From NCBI GenBank assembly GCA_016784445.1, contig JADHUR010000002.1:31092-95091 (forward strand): a stretch of 64,000 nucleotides of DNA, read 5' to 3'. The position numbers and the translations under genes are program-made. Origin of the DNA: Patescibacteria group bacterium (GTDB lineage: Bacteria; Patescibacteriota; Patescibacteriia; UBA1558). Shown here one piece after another: positions 22,933 to 32,786 of this stretch; the stretch's first letter is position 1, and every line of letters starts with the position of its first letter. The notes under the pieces are model-generated. The model saw nothing but the letters and a program-made list of their open reading frames with translations. It made no database searches and was not told where the DNA came from.

Positions 22933-22959
22933 TAAAAACAGCTATATAGCTGTTTTTTT
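22933..22959. terminator. Bidirectional terminator ending the pilin array
   Basis: aaaaacagcta-ta-tagctgttttt. Confidence 0.8.
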
Positions 22960-22971
22960 ATTTACCCCGTT

Positions 22972-24552
22972 TTACTGTACAAAATAGACCCAGGCGTCAT
23001 TATCTTCGTAGACAAGGTCAAAGTATATATTGCCCTCTAACTGCTCATTTAGGGCAGTTTTTTGCTTATTAACGAGTATATAGTCTGCGTCTAGCTTTCC
23101 TTTTAATAGCGCATAGACATTCTTACTACTTTTACCGTTCATAATATCAATATAGTCGTCTTTAGATTGATAATATTTATTACTTATGATGTTTTCGTCA
23201 AGCCCCCACCAATATCTATTATTATCATTATAATAAAATAAAGGTGCCCAATCTTCATAATCACTATTAATAATTAATGCATTATCTGGTGTGTGATAAT
23301 ATAACCACTCTGCTACAGGTTGCATATAATTTAAGCTATATTTATCTTTAATATCATTTAATGCATAATAAGTTGCCATTGGAAAAGACAGAATCACTAT
23401 TAATAAAATAGTTTTTATAGATAATCTTATTGCTTTAGATGAAAACAAATTAATCAGTGCGCTATTGAGACCTCTTCCCTTAAAACCATCTCTTAATATC
23501 AATGAAGATGTTAGAGATAATAGAATTAACAATAATCCCCCTCCCCATTGCACAAAAATATATACAATCGTAAACACCACTGTTAAAACAAATAAATTAA
23601 CGGTTAGTTTGGATAGTCTACTTTTAGAGAATAGTGCCGTTAAAACTCCAGACAAAAAAACCATGAAAATAATTATTGCTCCAGATAATAATTTGCTCAA
23701 ACTAAGTAATGCTCCTCCAGAATCATTATGCGTAGTTCTGTTTACAATTTGCTCTCCATAGAAAGATAAGCTCTCGGGCCAATAAGGATGAGCAATTAGT
23801 CCTATAATAACTCCCGCTAAACAAAATATTAATATTAACCACTTTTTTCTTCCCACCCCACTACGTAATCCTAACTTTCTCATCACCCAATCTTTTAGAT
23901 TTCCAAATCTTGTACCGAAATTATCTAAACTGTACTTGTGATACACAAATTCTATAATAAGCCACACCATAGCAATGAGTAAAAGAAAAACAAATTGGCC
24001 CGTTAACAAGACAATAAGCACACTTAATATTCCTAGTTGCCAATATCTATAATTCACAATCAAGTCCAGGCCTATTAATAAAGATAATAATGATATAGCT
24101 TCCGGTCCAGAAAAACCTATCTCATTTAAAAAGAATATAGAGCTAAATAACAAAAGTACAAATAATTCAGGCCACACCCCTTCGTGTTTTTCTAGCCAAT
24201 AATATACATAGGTTGCCAAAAAACCAATAAATAATGCACCAAATAATTTAACAACCAAAAAGGTAGGTAAAAATCCTATAAATAAACTAAGAAAGAAATG
24301 GTATAGCCAATTATTATCTGCAAATCCATCACTATAATTTGTTGACTCTAACCAATTAAAATTGTCTAATTTTAGCGAATTTTCGGATAATTCTATCATT
24401 TTAGATTGATAGAAGAAATCTGTTGTAAGAAAATTAGGAGTCGCCTGTATCCAGGAGAATAATATAAAGACAATTAAAAAAACCAGTAGGTAATTCAACC
24501 TATGATCTTTAATAAAATGTAATAGTTTTTGCCAATTGTTCTGTACTAGCAT
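22972..24552 (-). CDS. Polytopic membrane protein, GT-C glycosyltransferase-like
   Basis: D.FY in the first loop, many TM, and C-terminal W......P.NA.I / DYILV / LVYED pattern. Confidence 0.55.
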   Translation of the reverse strand: MLVQNNWQKLLHFIKDHRLNYLLVFLIVFILFSWIQATPNFLTTDFFYQSKMIELSENSLKLDNFNWLESTNYSDGFADNNWLYHFFLSLFIGFLPTFLVVKLFGALFIGFLATYVYYWLEKHEGVWPELFVLLLFSSIFFLNEIGFSGPEAISLLSLLIGLDLIVNYRYWQLGILSVLIVLLTGQFVFLLLIAMVWLIIEFVYHKYSLDNFGTRFGNLKDWVMRKLGLRSGVGRKKWLILIFCLAGVIIGLIAHPYWPESLSFYGEQIVNRTTHNDSGGALLSLSKLLSGAIIIFMVFLSGVLTALFSKSRLSKLTVNLFVLTVVFTIVYIFVQWGGGLLLILLSLTSSLILRDGFKGRGLNSALINLFSSKAIRLSIKTILLIVILSFPMATYYALNDIKDKYSLNYMQPVAEWLYYHTPDNALIINSDYEDWAPLFYYNDNNRYWWGLDENIISNKYYQSKDDYIDIMNGKSSKNVYALLKGKLDADYILVNKQKTALNEQLEGNIYFDLVYEDNDAWVYFVQ

Positions 24553-24695
24553 ACTGGTATTATATCACAGGGAAACAAAAAATCCCCAACAAGCATGGAA
24601 GTGGGGATTTGCCATTGAACCAAAGTAAATTGGCTCAGCATGGGGGCATATATAAAAAAGGATTTCTCCTCCCTTATAATAAAATATAATGTTGT

Positions 24696-25703
24696 TTACT
24701 TTTTCATCTCTTTCTTGAAGAAATCTACTGTTGGTATAGCAATCGGATCAACCTTGTTAACAACACTCATATAATAGCACAAGTAAGATGCAAGTTGCAA
24801 TGTGGATAAGCTGTCTTGAAGTGTCTTTTTCATTCCTGAACTAAGCTCAGCCCATTTAATTCCTTGTTTATTCAAGACCTTCTTTGTAACTTTCAATCTC
24901 TTTTGTATTTTTGATGAATATTTGCCTGAAGCCAAGAACACAACCATAGTCTTGGCCTTAATAAAGCCCTTAGGAAATGAAAATGCCTCCATCAAGTGAT
25001 GGTTTAACTCAGGAAGGGTGAAATATACTGCCATATTATCTGCCGTTTCATTGAGTTGATTACAAAATATGTGTGCATTGCCTTCTAAATGCTCTGCAGC
25101 CATTACTACAATCTGTTTATCTTTAATCTCCTTTGCTAAACTTTGCATTTCTTCATCCTTAACAGAAGAATTAGCCTTCATAATCTCATCTTCACTTATT
25201 TTTACCACTTCTACTTTGTGTAATAGTTGTATAAATGCTCCAATTGAATGTCCCAATCCCCATCTTGGCTCATTTGATGGATTAAAGTCCATGGGCAATA
25301 CAATTCCTGGAATTTTACCAACCATTTTTGAAAGTTTTCCACCTCCAGTAATAATATATCCCTTCAATTTGTTCTCTTGTACTTTCTTAGCCGCACTTAA
25401 AACCTCTTCCGTATTACCGGAATAGCTAGATAATATAACAAGAGTGTTCTTGTCTACAAATTTTGGTAAATTATAATCTGCATGAATAATAATTGGTACG
25501 TTCAATCTTTCGCTGAGGGCTTTTTGTACCATATGGAAACCAATATTAGATCCTCCCATTCCACAAATAACAATATTATTTATCTTTTTATAATTAACTG
25601 GTATTCTTGCTTTTTCCATTACAGTCCAAGCCTGTTCTATTTGAGCTGGTAATAACTCTATTGAACTATATACGCTTGCTCTATTTATTTCTAATTTGTT
25701 CAT
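24696..25703 (-). CDS. Bifunctional phosphoglucose/phosphomannose isomerase (SIS)
   Basis: GMGGS, SYSGNTEE, QLNE and PELNHH. Confidence 0.9.
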   Translation of the reverse strand: MNKLEINRASVYSSIELLPAQIEQAWTVMEKARIPVNYKKINNIVICGMGGSNIGFHMVQKALSERLNVPIIIHADYNLPKFVDKNTLVILSSYSGNTEEVLSAAKKVQENKLKGYIITGGGKLSKMVGKIPGIVLPMDFNPSNEPRWGLGHSIGAFIQLLHKVEVVKISEDEIMKANSSVKDEEMQSLAKEIKDKQIVVMAAEHLEGNAHIFCNQLNETADNMAVYFTLPELNHHLMEAFSFPKGFIKAKTMVVFLASGKYSSKIQKRLKVTKKVLNKQGIKWAELSSGMKKTLQDSLSTLQLASYLCYYMSVVNKVDPIAIPTVDFFKKEMKK

Positions 25704-25813
25704 GTATATATTTTACAGTTTTTTTAGTACTTCTACAACCATTAAATAGCTATATTTCTTGCCTTTTAGACTGTATTTTGCTAATATTACAACGTTATTA
25801 TTAATATAAAGAG

Positions 25814-26521
25814 ATGTCCGGACACTCCAAATGGGCCACTACAAAACGTGCCAAAGAAGGTAAAGACGCAAAACGAAGCGGTCTTTTTACTAAATTAGCT
25901 AAAGCAATTTCTATTGCCGCTAGAGATGGTGGCGATCCAGAAATGAATTTCAAACTTCGAATGGCCATAGATAGAGCTAAAAAGCTGAGCCTTCCAAAAG
26001 ATAATATTGATCGTGCAATTAAATCTGGAACAGGCGAAAATGGTGGAGCAATAATTGAAGAAATTACCTATGAGGGTTATGGACCTGGTGGAATAGCTCT
26101 TATTATTGAAACGATTACTGATAATAAAAATAGAACCGTTGGTGAGGTTAAACATATGCTCAGTAAATATGGTGGTAATTTGGGTGGGAGCGGAAGTGTA
26201 ATGTGGATGTTTGATAGAAAAGGAGTCATCTATTTAGAAAGCTCTTCCATAAATGAAGAGCAAGAATTAATAATAATTGATGCGGGTGCTGAAGATATTA
26301 TTACTGATGACAATTCTGTTATTATATACACCTTAGATAGCGACCTTCATAAAATTAAGGAGCAATTAGAAAAAAATGGTTTTGATATTTCTGACAGTAA
26401 ATTAGAATTTGTTCCAAAAGACAAAGCTGCAGTTGAAAGTGAAGAAAAAGTACTTAGAATACTAGACGCTCTTGATGATCTTGATGATGTTCAAAATATT
26501 TATACTAATGCAGACATTTAA
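25814..26521 (+). CDS. yebC: YebC/PmpR family protein
   Basis: MSGHSKWATTKR, YEGYGPGG and TDNKNRT. Confidence 0.97.
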   Translation: MSGHSKWATTKRAKEGKDAKRSGLFTKLAKAISIAARDGGDPEMNFKLRMAIDRAKKLSLPKDNIDRAIKSGTGENGGAIIEEITYEGYGPGGIALIIETITDNKNRTVGEVKHMLSKYGGNLGGSGSVMWMFDRKGVIYLESSSINEEQELIIIDAGAEDIITDDNSVIIYTLDSDLHKIKEQLEKNGFDISDSKLEFVPKDKAAVESEEKVLRILDALDDLDDVQNIYTNADI

Positions 26522-27027
26522 TGTTTAAAAAGAAGAAACAAATAATTTTAGGAATTGATCCTGGCTTTGCAGATACCGGTTATGGTATTATTGAATTTGA
26601 AGGAAGCAAGTCTAAGATGCTTGACTATGGTTCTATTCAAACTCCAGCCAAACAAGATTTTGCTGATCGTTTAGAATATATATACAATGAACTTGTTGAA
26701 ATAATAAAAAAATACAAACCTCAAAGTATTGGAATTGAAAAACTTTTTTTTAATAAGAATGTAACGAGCGCTATTAAAGTAAGTCAAGCACGTGGAATTG
26801 TACTACTAGCTGCTAAACAATATGGTCTTAAAATACACGAATATACACCTCTTCAGATTAAACAATCTTTAACCGGCTATGGAAGAGCAGATAAGAACCA
26901 AATGCAACAAATGGTAAAAACTATACTGTCTCTAAAAGAAATTCCCAAACCTGATGATGCTGCAGATGCCCTAGCAATAGCACTTTGTTGCTCTGCTAGT
27001 CAAAAACTTGAAAATTTAAGCAAATAA
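26521..27027 (+). CDS. ruvC: Holliday junction resolvase
   Basis: ILGIDPG, E.LFF and PDDAADALAIA. Confidence 0.97.
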   Translation: MFKKKKQIILGIDPGFADTGYGIIEFEGSKSKMLDYGSIQTPAKQDFADRLEYIYNELVEIIKKYKPQSIGIEKLFFNKNVTSAIKVSQARGIVLLAAKQYGLKIHEYTPLQIKQSLTGYGRADKNQMQQMVKTILSLKEIPKPDDAADALAIALCCSASQKLENLSK

Positions 27028-27065
27028 AAACACATTAGAAAGACTAAGGTGTTTTTTAATTTTAT

Positions 27066-28256
27066 TTATTTTAATTCAACAAACTTTCTCTTGCCAACTT
27101 GTATAATATCTCCTGACTTATAATCATCTTTATCCCAACTCTCAACTATTATATCATTTACTTTAACTCCTTTTTGTTCAACCAATCTTCGTCCTTCACT
27201 CTTAGATATTGCCATCTCTAACTCTATTAATAAGTCTAATGTGTTTAAACCTTTCGTAAAGTTTTTCTTTTCAATGTCTACAGGCTTTTGTTTATTACTA
27301 AATATATTTACAAATTCTTCGGCAGCTTTTTCAGCATCTTTTTCACTATGATAAATCTTAATAATCTCCTTTGCTAATTTAATTTTTATATCTCTAGGGT
27401 TCGCGTCAGATTTTAACAATTGTTCCACCTCAGCCAGTTCATTTTCAGAAACTCTTGTACATAATTCAAAATAACTATAAATTAATTCATCGGGTATAGA
27501 CATAAGTTTACCAAACATTTCATTAGCAGAATCACTTATGCCAATATAATTTCCTAAAGACTGACTCATTTTCATAGTACCGTCTGTTCCAACAAGAAGC
27601 GGCATAATAACAATATCCTGTGGCTCTTGACCAGCTTCTTCTTGTAATGGTCTCGCTTGAAGTTCATTAAACTTTTGATCTGACCCAATAACTGTTAAGT
27701 CCGATTTTAATTCTACAGAATCATAACCTTGCAAAATTGGATACACAGGTTCATGATAATATATTTCCTTCTCCTCTTTAATTCTTTTTTGAAACATATC
27801 TCTTTCAAGCATACGGGCAACTGTAAATTTAGACATAAGTTTTAACATGTCTTCTCCTGAAAATTTGTCATACCACTCTCCATTATATCTAATCTCTACT
27901 TTCTTAATGTCTAAAATCTTACTCAATTGCTTGACATAGTTCTTGCCCATTTCCAAAACCTCTTTCTTCCCTCTCATTTCCCTAGCCTTACCTTTATCTG
28001 TAGGATCGCCAAAACGAGCGGTAAAAGAACCGACTAAAAACACAATCTTATGTCCAAGCTCCTGAAATTGTCTGAGTTTTTCATAAACAACAGCATGTCC
28101 CAGGGTTAAATCTTTAGAAGTTGGGTCCACTCCGTGCTTTACTCTTAATTGCTTGCCAGATAATAGTTTTTTTCTAAGTTCCTTGTCCACCACAATTTCC
28201 TGCACCCCTCTAGTTAAAACTGCTTCAACGGCTGCTTTGTCATTATTTACTTTCAT
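27066..28256 (-). CDS. tyrS: Tyrosyl-tRNA synthetase
   Basis: GVDPT..DLTLGH (HIGH-like), KMSQS (KMSKS-like) and C-terminal S4 domain. Confidence 0.95.
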   Translation of the reverse strand: MKVNNDKAAVEAVLTRGVQEIVVDKELRKKLLSGKQLRVKHGVDPTSKDLTLGHAVVYEKLRQFQELGHKIVFLVGSFTARFGDPTDKGKAREMRGKKEVLEMGKNYVKQLSKILDIKKVEIRYNGEWYDKFSGEDMLKLMSKFTVARMLERDMFQKRIKEEKEIYYHEPVYPILQGYDSVELKSDLTVIGSDQKFNELQARPLQEEAGQEPQDIVIMPLLVGTDGTMKMSQSLGNYIGISDSANEMFGKLMSIPDELIYSYFELCTRVSENELAEVEQLLKSDANPRDIKIKLAKEIIKIYHSEKDAEKAAEEFVNIFSNKQKPVDIEKKNFTKGLNTLDLLIELEMAISKSEGRRLVEQKGVKVNDIIVESWDKDDYKSGDIIQVGKRKFVELK

Positions 28257-28370
28257 TGCTACTTTTTAATTGTTATTTAATAACCCTATTATAACAGATA
28301 ATGTTTCATTGAAAAAACCCTTGTAAAATGGTAATATTTATGATGAAAAGATATTTTTATAGAAATTGTA

Positions 28371-31286
28371 ATGCCTATACCTCAACTTGCTATGAAATCT
28401 CCACAGAGCTGGAAACAACATAAGCAAAAACCAAAGAGAAGAAAAAAACAAAGTAAGATTCCTAAACTGCGAAGACCTAAAAAGAGCACTTCAAAGAATA
28501 GACCCGCTTTAATAAAAAAGCTTTTAAAGTTGTTTAAGAACAACTCTCGTTTTTTAATTAAGCTTGGACTCTCAGTTGTGCTTGTTGGTTTTGTTTCCGT
28601 AACCCTTTTATTTGCTTATTATGCAAAAGATTTACCTGATCCTAATAAAATAATTGATAGGACAGTGGCACAAAGCACCAAAATATATGATCGAACAGGA
28701 GAGGAATTATTATATGAAATATCTGGTGATCAAAAAAGAACATTAGTTGATCTTGATCAAATACAAGACCACACAATTAATGCAACTATATCTATAGAGG
28801 ATAAGAATTTTTATAAACACGGTGGTATATCTATATGGGGAATTATTCGTGGTCAAATTGTTCCGAGATTACAAGGAAAGCCTGCTCAGGGCGGATCAAC
28901 ACTAACACAACAACTTGTTAAAAATGCTATATTAACAAATGAAAGAAAAATCTCTCGTAAAATAAAAGAGTGGATCTTATCTTATAGAATTGAACAGAAA
29001 TTCACTAAAGATGAAATCTTAAAACTATATTTTAATGAGATTCCTTATGGGTCAAATGTCTATGGAGTGGAAGCGGCTTCAAATTATTATTTTGGTAAAC
29101 ATTCTAGTGAATTAGTTATTGCTGAGTCTGCAATTCTCGCCGCCCTCCCACAAGCTCCTTCTTTCTATTCTCCTTATGGCTCAAACAAAGATCGTCTAAT
29201 AGGCAGGCAACAATATATTATTGATTTAATGGTTGACCAAGGATATATACAAGAAGATGAAGCGCTCACAGCTAAAGAATATGAATTAGATTTTAAAAAT
29301 CGTATAACAAATATTACGGCTCCTCACTTTGTTCTTTATATTAAAGAATATTTAGCAAATAAATATGGTGATCAAATGATTGAGCAAGGTGGTCTTAAAA
29401 TTATTACCACCCTCGATCTTGATGCTCAAACTGCAGCTGAGGAGGCTATATCAGAGAGAGTCGAGAGAAATGAAACAAATTACAATGCTACCAATGCCGC
29501 CCTTGTTGCAATAGATGTTCAGTCTGGTCAAATTATTTCAATGGTAGGTTCTAGAGATTATTTTGATGACGAAATTGATGGTCAGGTTAATGTTACAGTA
29601 CAACAAAGGCAACCAGGTAGTTCTTTTAAGCCTCTTGTATATTTAACAGGTTTTACTAAAGGTTATACCCCTGAATCAATACTCTTTGATTTAAACACTT
29701 CCTTTAAAGCAGAGCCTAATGCTTATGAACCAAAAAACTATGACCTAAAAGAGCATGGTCCGGTTTCTGTTCGTAAGGCATTAGCCGGTTCATTAAATAC
29801 TCCTGCTGTTAAAATGATATATTTAGCAGGTGTTAGTAATGTTTTAGACCTCGCTGATTCATTGGGCTATTCAAGTTTTGGAGACAGGTCACGCTTTGGA
29901 TTATCTTTAGTTTTAGGTGGTGGAGAAGTACAATTACTTGAGCATGTAAACTCTTTTGCAGCCTTCTCAAGAGAAGGTGTTTGGTATCCATATTCAAGCA
30001 TATTAAGAGTAGAAGATGGCGATGGTAGAGTTCTTGAAGAATATCACAAACCTAAAGGAGAAAGAGTTGTTGATGCCAATTATACTCGCATGTTGTCTGA
30101 CGTCTTATCTGACAACCCTGCACGTGCTTATGCCTTTGGGGAGTCCAATTACCTAACTCTTGCTAATAGGCCAGTAGCGGCCAAAACAGGTACCACAGAC
30201 GACTATAGAGATGCTTGGACAGTTGGTTATACTCCCTATCAAGTAGCGGCTGGTGTTTGGGTTGGTAATAATGACAATTCGGAAATGAAACTTGGTGCCG
30301 CAGGTGGTGTTGTAGCTGCTCCAATCTGGCAAGCTTTCTTAAATAAATATTTAGCAAATAAAGAGATAAAGTCTTTCACTAAACCTTCCATTATTAATTC
30401 TGACAAACCAATGATCGGTGGTTTTATGGAAGGTGGCGATTCTATCTCAATAGATAAATTCTCTGGCAAACTTGCTACAGAATTTACACCCGATGAAGCT
30501 ATTATAGAAAAGAAGTTTTTAGAAGTTCATAATATATTACATTATGTAGAAAGAGGAGACCCAACGGGGCCTAGTCCTTTAAACCCAGAAGACAATTATC
30601 AATATGAAAATTGGGAAGAGCCTGTTATTAAATGGGCCACCGAACAAGATATTATAGCTGAGAAAGCACCAACAGATTTTGATAATGTTCATCTACCCCA
30701 AGACAAGCCATCAATAAATATTACCTCCCCTTCTCATAATTATAAAGTTACAAATGGTCAATTATCTATTACGGTTAATGCCGGTGCTCCGCGCGGAGCA
30801 AGAAAGGTTACCTATTTATTGGATAATAAAATCATAGGTGAAATATCCGTTCAACCCTTTACTTTTACTTATACAATTTATCCTAATATACAAAACGGTG
30901 AGCACACTTTAACGGCTAAAGTTTATGATGACTTATTGAACAATAATGAAGACTCTATTATATTAATTTTTGACAGAGAAGAATATATAAAATCTTCGTG
31001 GGTTTCTCCTAGTAGTGGAATAACTTTAGATTCGTTTGACTTTCCTTACTCCTTAAGTTTAAGTGTTGATAATTTTGAAATCTTAAGACAGGTAGACTTT
31101 TATTATAAATTAGATTCTTCCAATCAATCTAGTTGGCTGGGCGCAGTTAAAAACATAAATAATAAATTAATTACTTTAACTTGGGCAAATAAGCCAGAGA
31201 TTGGAATATATAAAGCCTATCCGGTGTTTACAGATATTTATAATCAAGTTGTGCAAGGAGATAATATAACAATTAATATAGAATAA
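28371..31286 (+). CDS. Class A penicillin-binding protein (PBP1A) with C-terminal Ig-like domain
   Basis: EDKNFY.H.G, GGSTLTQQ, SSFK, SLN and KTGT. Confidence 0.95.
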   Translation: MPIPQLAMKSPQSWKQHKQKPKRRKKQSKIPKLRRPKKSTSKNRPALIKKLLKLFKNNSRFLIKLGLSVVLVGFVSVTLLFAYYAKDLPDPNKIIDRTVAQSTKIYDRTGEELLYEISGDQKRTLVDLDQIQDHTINATISIEDKNFYKHGGISIWGIIRGQIVPRLQGKPAQGGSTLTQQLVKNAILTNERKISRKIKEWILSYRIEQKFTKDEILKLYFNEIPYGSNVYGVEAASNYYFGKHSSELVIAESAILAALPQAPSFYSPYGSNKDRLIGRQQYIIDLMVDQGYIQEDEALTAKEYELDFKNRITNITAPHFVLYIKEYLANKYGDQMIEQGGLKIITTLDLDAQTAAEEAISERVERNETNYNATNAALVAIDVQSGQIISMVGSRDYFDDEIDGQVNVTVQQRQPGSSFKPLVYLTGFTKGYTPESILFDLNTSFKAEPNAYEPKNYDLKEHGPVSVRKALAGSLNTPAVKMIYLAGVSNVLDLADSLGYSSFGDRSRFGLSLVLGGGEVQLLEHVNSFAAFSREGVWYPYSSILRVEDGDGRVLEEYHKPKGERVVDANYTRMLSDVLSDNPARAYAFGESNYLTLANRPVAAKTGTTDDYRDAWTVGYTPYQVAAGVWVGNNDNSEMKLGAAGGVVAAPIWQAFLNKYLANKEIKSFTKPSIINSDKPMIGGFMEGGDSISIDKFSGKLATEFTPDEAIIEKKFLEVHNILHYVERGDPTGPSPLNPEDNYQYENWEEPVIKWATEQDIIAEKAPTDFDNVHLPQDKPSINITSPSHNYKVTNGQLSITVNAGAPRGARKVTYLLDNKIIGEISVQPFTFTYTIYPNIQNGEHTLTAKVYDDLLNNNEDSIILIFDREEYIKSSWVSPSSGITLDSFDFPYSLSLSVDNFEILRQVDFYYKLDSSNQSSWLGAVKNINNKLITLTWANKPEIGIYKAYPVFTDIYNQVVQGDNITINIE

Positions 31287-31304
31287 TAAATATTTCTTTC
31301 AACC

Positions 31305-31338
31305 AAAAAACCGACTCTTATAAAGGGTCGGTTTTTTA
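31305..31338. terminator. Bidirectional terminator between pbp and dnaN
   Basis: aaaaaaccgactctt/aagggtcggtttttt. Confidence 0.8.
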
Positions 31339-31428
31339 GGTAGCCCCCATGCCTGAGAACTATATCTTAAAAGGAAGTGGTGAGCGACTGAGCAAGCTCT
31401 GTCGCCATACCGCCCCAGATAAGTAAAA

Positions 31429-32529
31429 TTATTGCCGGATCGGCATTACTATATACAAGTATCCCTCTTTATTATCCGGTACAAAAACCCCTGGAGCACC
31501 TTGATTGGAGGTTTTTATTATCACTTGTTCTGATTGTAAGTTATTTAGGCCATCAAGTAAATAGCGATAATTAAAGACTATTTCCACCTCTTCACCCTTA
31601 ATTTCGGCCCCTATATTGGTTATGTTCTCTCCTAATCCACTGTTTGTTGACAGGATAACCACTTCATTCTTTGAAGGTATAATAGTCATTTTTATATCAT
31701 TAATCCCTGTCTTACAGAACAATGCAGCACCTTTAATCGCCTTGATTAAATCCTCTGCCTTTACTCTAGTTATTGTCTTTTCGTCGCTGGGTATAATTTG
31801 TTCATAATCTGGGTAATTTCCGTCAATTAAACGAGATGTTAGAACTATATTACTTGAGCTAAACGCAACTTGATTCTCATTTAAATATAAACTAATATTC
31901 TTTTCTGTGCTGTTTGCTAATATTCTACCAAGCTCCTGAAGTGTCTTAAGTGGAATAATAATCTTCTGATCAATGCTACCATCTACCTTTATTTTCTTTT
32001 CTGCTAATCTATAACTGTCTGTTGCAGCAACTGTTAAGTCTTGACCTTTAAAGTTAAAAAATACTCCACTAATTTCTGGCCTATTATCGTCTAGCGTTGC
32101 AGCAAATACTGTTTGACTCAAAACTTCTTTAAAAGTTTGCATATCTATATTAACTTTTTTCTCTGAACTAACATCTGGTATTAGAGGGTAGTCCTCTGAA
32201 AGCATTCCTTTAATTTGAGTTTGAGAATTTTTACAACTTACATTTAGTCCATCCGTTTCTAAATCTATATCTACATTCTCATTCGGTAATAATGAAACAA
32301 AGTCAGAAAATAAACGAGCCGGAACAGTATATGAACCTTCTATTTCTATTTTTCCTCTCACCGTAACTTTGATACCAATTTCTAAGTTGGTTGTAGATAA
32401 TGTAATTATTCCATCTTTAGCATCTATTAAAACATTATTCAAGATTGGAAGGTTTGCATTATGAGAAGCTAAATGATTTACAATGTTTAAACCATTATTT
32501 AAATTTTCTCTTGTGCATATGAATTTCAT
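31429..32529 (-). CDS. dnaN: DNA polymerase III beta clamp
   Basis: ATDSYRL, SRLIDGNYPDY and YIVMPIR. Confidence 0.98.
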   Translation of the reverse strand: MKFICTRENLNNGLNIVNHLASHNANLPILNNVLIDAKDGIITLSTTNLEIGIKVTVRGKIEIEGSYTVPARLFSDFVSLLPNENVDIDLETDGLNVSCKNSQTQIKGMLSEDYPLIPDVSSEKKVNIDMQTFKEVLSQTVFAATLDDNRPEISGVFFNFKGQDLTVAATDSYRLAEKKIKVDGSIDQKIIIPLKTLQELGRILANSTEKNISLYLNENQVAFSSSNIVLTSRLIDGNYPDYEQIIPSDEKTITRVKAEDLIKAIKGAALFCKTGINDIKMTIIPSKNEVVILSTNSGLGENITNIGAEIKGEEVEIVFNYRYLLDGLNNLQSEQVIIKTSNQGAPGVFVPDNKEGYLYIVMPIRQ

Positions 32530-32786
32530 TATTATTATATTAATTTATTATATTTTATATAGTTATAGTAGTAAGGGCTGTTGATATGTTGATAAGCTAC
32601 TATATAGCTGTATGGGGAAGGGCTTTTATGATGGTCCTTTGAGTTGATAAACAGGGAGGAAAAATTTAATGATTTGTTAGTAACTTTTATTTTATCTTTA
32701 TCTGTGTGTATAAGTTTATTTTTATAAACAGTTATGTGTGATTTATCAACGAGGCTAGGGTTTTAATAAACAGACTTATTAACAAT
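32530..32786. other. oriC: Replication origin oriC (dnaA-dnaN intergenic region)
   Basis: AT-rich tract, TAG-like trios, GGGC and tandem boxes tgttgatat/tgttgataa (32579-32595); more box-like 9-mers at 32642, 32705, 32722, 32743 and 32776. Confidence 0.85.
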
